Origin: Macrostomum lignano
Lineage: Eukaryota
Direction of reading: 5' to 3'
DNA length: 64,000 nucleotides
Assembly (NCBI GenBank): GCA_002269645.1
Contig: NIVC01000592.1
Location: 62,001 to 126,000, forward strand
Made by a program: the position numbers and the translations under genes. A model generated the notes under the pieces. The model was not told the DNA's origin and made no database searches. It saw only the letters and a list, made by a program, of their open reading frames with translations. Below, one piece after another: positions 58,478 to 64,000 of the stretch. Numbering within the stretch: position 1 is the first letter of the stretch; each line of letters opens with the position of its first letter.

Positions 58478-61400
58478 TCACACCTGCAGCATCATCTGCA
58501 TCGCACGGAGGGCCTTGTAGCTTCCAATGCATCTCGAGGCCATGTAGGAGGCACCTGGCTTTAGCGTGGTTGAGTACACACCGTTCGGGTTGATCCTCAA
58601 GCAGCTGCTCCACCAGAAGCCGCCGCTCCCGTAGTTGGTGCTGCAGCTGTAAGGAGCAGCTTCGTTGTCCCTGTCGAAGGTGGAGAACTGCTGGCCTCGA
58701 TGGTGAGACAAAAAGTCGCAGTTGATGGTGGAGTTGACCCTCATGAAGCTGCTGTAGTTCATCCTGTAGTTCGTGCTGGAGTCTCCGACGGTGAAGTCGA
58801 GAAATTCGAACGCATAGAACCCTCCGTCGAAAGTCAGAGCCTCGACTCGTAGGTTTCTCTGGCTGGTCGCAGTCACATTGTGGATATTTTCAAGACCTGA
58901 AATTTGCGTTGTCACGAACTTGCACGGTTTGAATGAAGACTTCAATAAACAGGTAATGTCTTGCATTCGGCGCTGAAGATACTCACCAGCCCAGAACTCC
59001 GTGGCATTCCCAAAGCCGCTGACGTAGTCATCCCAGTTCCTGTTGAAGGCGATTTGACCCGTCTGTCTCTGCTGGAACACCCAGAATGTCCGGCCGCCGA
59101 TCCGCTGCCAGTATCCGGGACTCATGACGGGAAAAACTGGAGGGGTGAACGGAGTGCGAATTGGTCACCATGAGCGTGAATTGTTAGTTTAATGGCAGTA
59201 CTGAGTTGATTGTATCAACAACTGGTTTAAATGACTTTCCGTTCAACTTAATTTGCCTTGGTTTGCTCTGAGAAAACCAGCTTTAGTACCCCGGGGGGGG
59301 CTAGTTTTGCTGGTTTGTGCGTGCTCGAGGTTTGCGTGGGGTTGTACTTTGTGTCGTTTTCTACCCTCCTGTGTGCAGCGGCCCTCCCCCCGCCTGCTGA
59401 GGGTTTTTTGCCCCGGTTCGTAGGACCTCCTGCGTTCCGGTCCTCGTTAACCTTTAGTCAATTGATTTGCTGAATCATGTCTGACTCTGTTAAGGTCCTA
59501 CGTGAGAGGCTACAAGGTCTAGGCCAACGCATGACAACAAGGGTGAACTGATAGAACGCTTCTCTCGTATCTCAGCATAGTCAAACATTGGCCTCTGAAC
59601 TGCAAAGTGAAGAAGCGGAGGCATCTGACCAGTACGAGAGCGGGCGAGATCGACGGTTTAAAAAGGGAACGAGGTGGCCGAGCTTCCGAGCGACGCGGGA
59701 GTAGCGGCGGCAACCGGAGGCCCTGGGTCTGGCGTGGCTGGCGGCCTGGTGGACATACTGCGAGAGACGCCGCCGCTACTCCGATGACTGATCTCGTGAC
59801 TCGCCTGGGCTTTACTTTCAACTGGGGTAAGTGTCAGCGGCCCTCTTAGCGTATGTCCTTCTTGGGTGTCGAAACCGTCAAATGAGAAGGTGGAGAAGCT
59901 TGTCTGTCTGCTAGAGTTGGAAGCGGGAAAAATTAGAATTAGTTGTTGCAGCATGTCATTGGTAAGCTCGGTTAGGCGGCGCAGGTTTATCTGCTCTGGG
60001 CGTACGTTCATGCGGGAGTTGATCGAGTGTTGTAATGCTCTTAAGCCAGTGCAGCGGATCAAAATCGATGAGCGGCTGCGGAGCCTTTTTCAGTGGTAGA
60101 CAGTCTCGTTGAAGTCATGTGGTGGTCGAATTGTGGCCCTGGTACGTGAATGATGTAGCCATCGAGTCGGATGCTTGCGGATGCCTAATGGTTGCTGGGA
60201 CTGGTGCTATGTGGACTGGTTGATAGATGCGGACTCGGCGTTTGTAGAGCTGCCTATCAACTACAAGGAAGCGGTGGCACCGCTGCTGGGTGTCATTCGC
60301 TGGAGGGAGCAGCCCAATGAATCCTGGATCAGCATCTATTGCGACAACCAAGCCGCCTACCACGTTATCAACAAAGGTTTTCAAAGTTTTCAAACTACAG
60401 CGGCTGCTGCAGACGGTGGCGCGCATGTGCCTGCGCTATTGCATGAGTGTTCGTGCCTTCCACGTGGCGGGCGAGTTCCAGATTTTGCGGATGCGGCTTC
60501 TAGGCTGCATGAGCCTAGCGAGTTGTTAAACTTTTTACTCCGTTGTCATGGTTCTGTGTACCAGTGGACACTGGCGACCCTGCACATGCATGCTTTCTGT
60601 CCGTCGCCTCCCTTCATTTACCGGCCGCCAAGCTGCGTCGGACCCTCTCAGCCATCGCGCCGCCTCGCTGCTGAGCGCCTCGTATGCGCCATCATCAAGG
60701 AGAGCCATCAACAGAAACCTCCTGGAGTGGCGTGAGTTCTGCCTGCGATCTGGTTGGGACTCGGTCCACTGCCCTGTGGTAGCATTGCTCAACTATCTGG
60801 CTGACCTTGTGGGCACCCGGATGCGTTCCTTCAGTGGTGTTTCCTCTTTGACCAGCCCCTGTCGCTGTGGTTCCGAGTCAACTCTGCGCCAGACCTGACC
60901 AAGCATGCTGCCACAGCACTGCTTCTACGTGGCGCCAAGCGCGAGTTGGGACTGCGAGCTACCAAAAAGCGGCTGGTATCTCCCTTCGTGCTGGTGGAGC
61001 TGCATTACCAAGTCGACGGGGCCCTGTTTTAATTTTTTAATTTTTCTTTTTTCTCCCCCTTTTTCTCCTCGTCTTGCCTTTGGAGGCTGTTGCTTCGCCT
61101 CTGTGTTCCTCTGTATTCTCGTGGTGTTCCTTTCAGACTGGGTACTACGAGTAATGCGTATTCTCACGGATTTAGGTTTTTTGCATGGCTAGGAGTATGG
61201 GCAGTAGTAGTATATGGGAAGTGTGTGGGAAGCGTGTCTGGAGTGTGTAAGGAGTGTATATGGGCAGTGGGCAGTACATCCTGATTGCATTTTAAAATTT
61301 CAAAATTACAAACACTTCGAAAACAATTTGAAGTTCGCTAATACTAAAACCGAATTAGCAATAAATATTCACCAGTATTCTTGCGTTTCCACTGCACTGT

Positions 61401-61711
61401 CCCAGCACCGGATGCGGCGCAGTCGGCACTGTTGGAAAGGACGCAGACTCCGTTGATGAAGCGGAACGAGAGCCAGACGCTGGACTGAAGGCTTTTAATC
61501 GCACAGTCAGTTTCGCTGCGAGCGCTCACGGTGACCGAGCTGGCAGCAGCGCACGAGGCAGTGGCGGTGACTGCGTCGAACTCGAAGGCTTCTTGAGAAA
61601 GAAAGAGTTGGGCAGAGGAGGAGCTAGGATATTCCTAGATATTCCAACAAACTTACCCTGATTAGCTGCAAGAGCTGCAGCGAACTGAGCAACGAGAAGC
61701 ACAGTGAGCAT
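58478..61711 (-). CDS. Secreted PAN/apple-like + FReD protein, copy 3, 279 aa; exons 61657-61711, 61373-61588, 58987-59136, 58478-58896
   Basis: Open frame across four phase-1 exons. Exon 2 uses an AAG acceptor. Intron 2 is enlarged by a DIRS relic. Confidence 0.85.
59275..61180 (+). mobile_element. DIRS/Ngaro-type tyrosine-recombinase retrotransposon relic, antisense in intron 2 of FReD copy 3
   Basis: RT end LVTRLGFTFNWGKCQRPS*..FLGVE and GRTFMRELI. DIRS RNase H PINYKEAVA..IYCDNQAAYHVINKG. YR N-half AASLLSASYAPSSRR..WREFC..LLLRGAKRELG. Flanks align with the uninterrupted intron 2 of copy 1. Confidence 0.88.
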
Positions 61712-62161
61712 GCTTTTGAGCTGCTTGCAGAGCTGATGAGGATTCTGCAGATCTTGGGCCGGTCTCGGGCTGGGCCGGGGCCGCCGCTCCCGCTAAATAG
61801 CCCTGCCGTGCTTGCCGCTCCGCTCCTAGCAACGCAGCAGCAACCCCAGCCTCTCCCTTGATGAAGCCAGCACTATCCATCCTCAAAACCTGTCCGCATC
61901 ATCCTATCTCTTAGCTCCTCACCAGCTTCCATCTTGATATTTGATAGTTGAAAATAAATATCTAGGTATGCGTGTGGTAAAAGAGAATATACTGGCATTT
62001 TCCGTTGGTACGCGTGAGAAGCGAGAGTGAGAGTGAGAAGAGAATAGATGGCACAGAGAGTCAGAAGTCACACAAATGCAGCTCATGGACACCTGAGACT
62101 TGAAATCGCTGAGCTGTGGTGTGAAATTTCCAACCTGCAACTCTGCAATGGAGATGCGACA

Positions 62162-62180
62162 GCGTTGCTAGGAGCGGAGC
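62162..62180 (+). promoter_or_regulatory. Perfect 19-bp inverted copy of the FReD promoter motif
   Basis: GCGTTGCTAGGAGCGGAGC is the reverse complement of 61817-61835. Confidence 0.7.
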
Positions 62181-62322
62181 CTCAAACACCGAGCAGGTCT
62201 GTTTCATGTTTTCACGTTGTTCTCAATTTTCAGTTCGGTGCTTGCTCATGCAGATGAGCCGGGTAAGGTTTTGGAATGTCATGTATTTTCTCATTCTTCA
62301 TATTTCTCTGCTAATAGTAATC

Positions 62323-63390
62323 TTCTGGCTCTGATCTGTGTCCTTCTGGCTCTGATCTGTGTCCTTCTGGCTCTGATCTGTGTCCTTCTGGCTCTGATCT
62401 GTGTCCTTCTGGCTCTGATCTGTGTCCTTCTGGCTCTGATCTGTGTCCTTCTGGCTCTAATCTGTGTCCTTCTGGCTCTGATCTGTGTCCTTCTGGCTCT
62501 GATCTGTGTCCTTCTGGCTCTAATCTGTGTCCTTCTGGCTCTGATCTGTGTCCCTCAGGCTCTGATCTGTGTCCCTCAGGCTCTGATCTGTGTCCCTCCG
62601 GCTCTGATCTGTGTCCCTCAGGCTCTGATCTGTGTCCCTCAGGCTCTGATCTGTGTCCTTCTGGCTCTAATCTGTGTCCTTCTGGCTCTGATCTGTGTCC
62701 CTCAGGCTCTGATCTGTGTCCCTCAGGCTCTGATCTGTGTCCCTCAGGCTCTGATCTGTGTCCCTCAGGCTCTGATCTGTGTCCCTCAGGCTCTGATCTG
62801 TGTCCCTCAGGCTCTGATCTGTGTCCCTCAGGCTCTGATCTGTGTCCCTCAGGCTCTGATCTGTGTCCCTCAGGCTCTGATCTGTGTCCCTCAGGCTCTG
62901 ATCTGTGTCCCTCAGGCTCTGATCTGTGTCCCTCAGGCTCTGATCTGTGTCCCTCAGGCTCTGATCTGTGTCCCTCAGGCTCTGATCTGTGTCCATCAGG
63001 CTCTGATCTGTGTCCCTCAGGCTCTGATCTGTGTCCCTCAGGCTCTGATCTGTGTCCCTCAGGCTCTGATCTGTGTCCCTCAGGCTCTGATTTGTGTCCC
63101 TCAAGCTCTGATCTGTGTCCCTCAGGCTCTGATTTGTGTCCCTCAGGCTCTGATCTGTGTCCCTCAGGCTCTGATCTGTGTCCCTCAGGCTCTGATCTGT
63201 GTCCCTCAGGCTCTGATCTGTGTCCCTCAGGCTCTGATCTGTGTCCCTCAGGCTCTGATCTGTGTCCCTCAGGCTCTGATCTGTGTTCCTCAGGCTCTGA
63301 TCTGTGCCCTTCAGGCTCTGATCTGTGTCCCTCAGGCTCTGATCTGTACCCCTCAGGCTCTGATCTGTACCCCTCAGGCTCTGATCTGTT
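62323..63390. repeat. 21-bp minisatellite GGCTCTGATCTGTGTCCYTCW, followed by a short 25-bp CTGACACAGCTGCCTGACACAACTT repeat to ~63475
   Basis: About 50 near-perfect units. Confidence 0.97.
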
Positions 63391-63772
63391 GTCTGACACA
63401 GCTGCCTGACACAACTTTCTGACACAGCTGCCTGACACAACTTTCTGACACAGCTGTCTGACACAGTTTCCTGACATAGTCGGCTTACGCAGTTTTCAAG
63501 CGAAATTTTAATTCAGATCGGAAGTCAACAAGCATGCCAATTTCCATTGAAGGATTGTCAGTGATTGTTCGACAAAATCTCGAACCATCTCAACTCACTC
63601 GTTCTGTAGTCAGAGGATTCGAATTTTTTATAACAACAGCAATTGGAGCAAATTGTCAGTAAAGTTAATACCGAAAACTAATCACATGGTTGAGGTAAAG
63701 GAATCAAAAGAGGATCATAAAGGAGCAACAGAGGAACCAAAAGGTTTTTCAACAGCGGTCAGTTTGATCGAG

Positions 63773-64000
63773 TCAGCGCGCCCACGTCGCCAGCAGCAAC
63801 ACCAGAAGCTGCACCGCGGGCAGCGACGCCCGAGCTGACTTCGAAGCGCTCGCTGATGGCGCGCCGTCTTCAACACCGCGACGGCGGCTCGAACTCCGGT
63901 CGCTGTCTAAGTTGGAAGCGGCAGCGCCGGCGGAGGCGGAGGCCGACTTAAACGAGGTGTCGGAAGCTGCAGCGGCGGCCGACACGCCGGACGCGGCTTC
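63773..64000 (-). CDS. Terminal exon (cut by the window edge) of a probable GPI-anchored protein
   Basis: GC-rich open frame EAASGVSAAAAASD..SASASKSARASLPAVQLLVLLLATWAR*: Ser/Ala-rich spacer with a hydrophobic C-terminus and no cytosolic tail. Confidence 0.6.
   Translation of the reverse strand, partial: EAASGVSAAAAASDTSFKSASASAGAAASNLDSDRSSSRRRGVEDGAPSASASKSARASLPAVQLLVLLLATWAR

Noticed and set aside
62217-63477. Long ORFs on both strands (LALICVP / RSEPEGH / DTDQSLR repeats)
   Set aside because: Translations of a stop-free 21-bp tandem repeat with no coding-like flanks.

Overview
Intron-rich animal genomic DNA with GC-rich exons and introns packed with minisatellites. This style resembles a free-living flatworm such as Macrostomum, which is an inference only. 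Left half: a 6-exon Quaking/How/GLD-1 (STAR-KH) RNA-binding gene on + (645-21150) with two predicted C-termini, converging on a 14-exon NCLX/SLC8B1-type cation/Ca2+ exchanger on - (23852-35636+) that has a greatly expanded cytosolic loop. Next is a two-exon gene for an unrecognised single-pass membrane protein with a Cys cluster and a PDZ-binding tail (39534-41173, -). The right third is a rearranged accessory region. It holds a tandem family of secreted signal peptide + PAN/apple-like + fibrinogen-related (FReD) genes: two intact, one mosaic with a nonsense codon, plus inverted relics. These are interleaved with relics of an R1-like non-LTR element, a DIRS/tyrosine-recombinase retroelement and gag zinc knuckles. 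QKI introns carry DNA-transposon derivatives, one of which (hAT-type, perfect 8-bp TSD) contains a 28S rDNA fragment whose R2/I-PpoI target core is mutated. The window ends in the last exon of a probable GPI-anchored protein. Most long ORFs in the supplied track are translations of tandem repeats. All exon models were read by eye and repeat boundaries are approximate.
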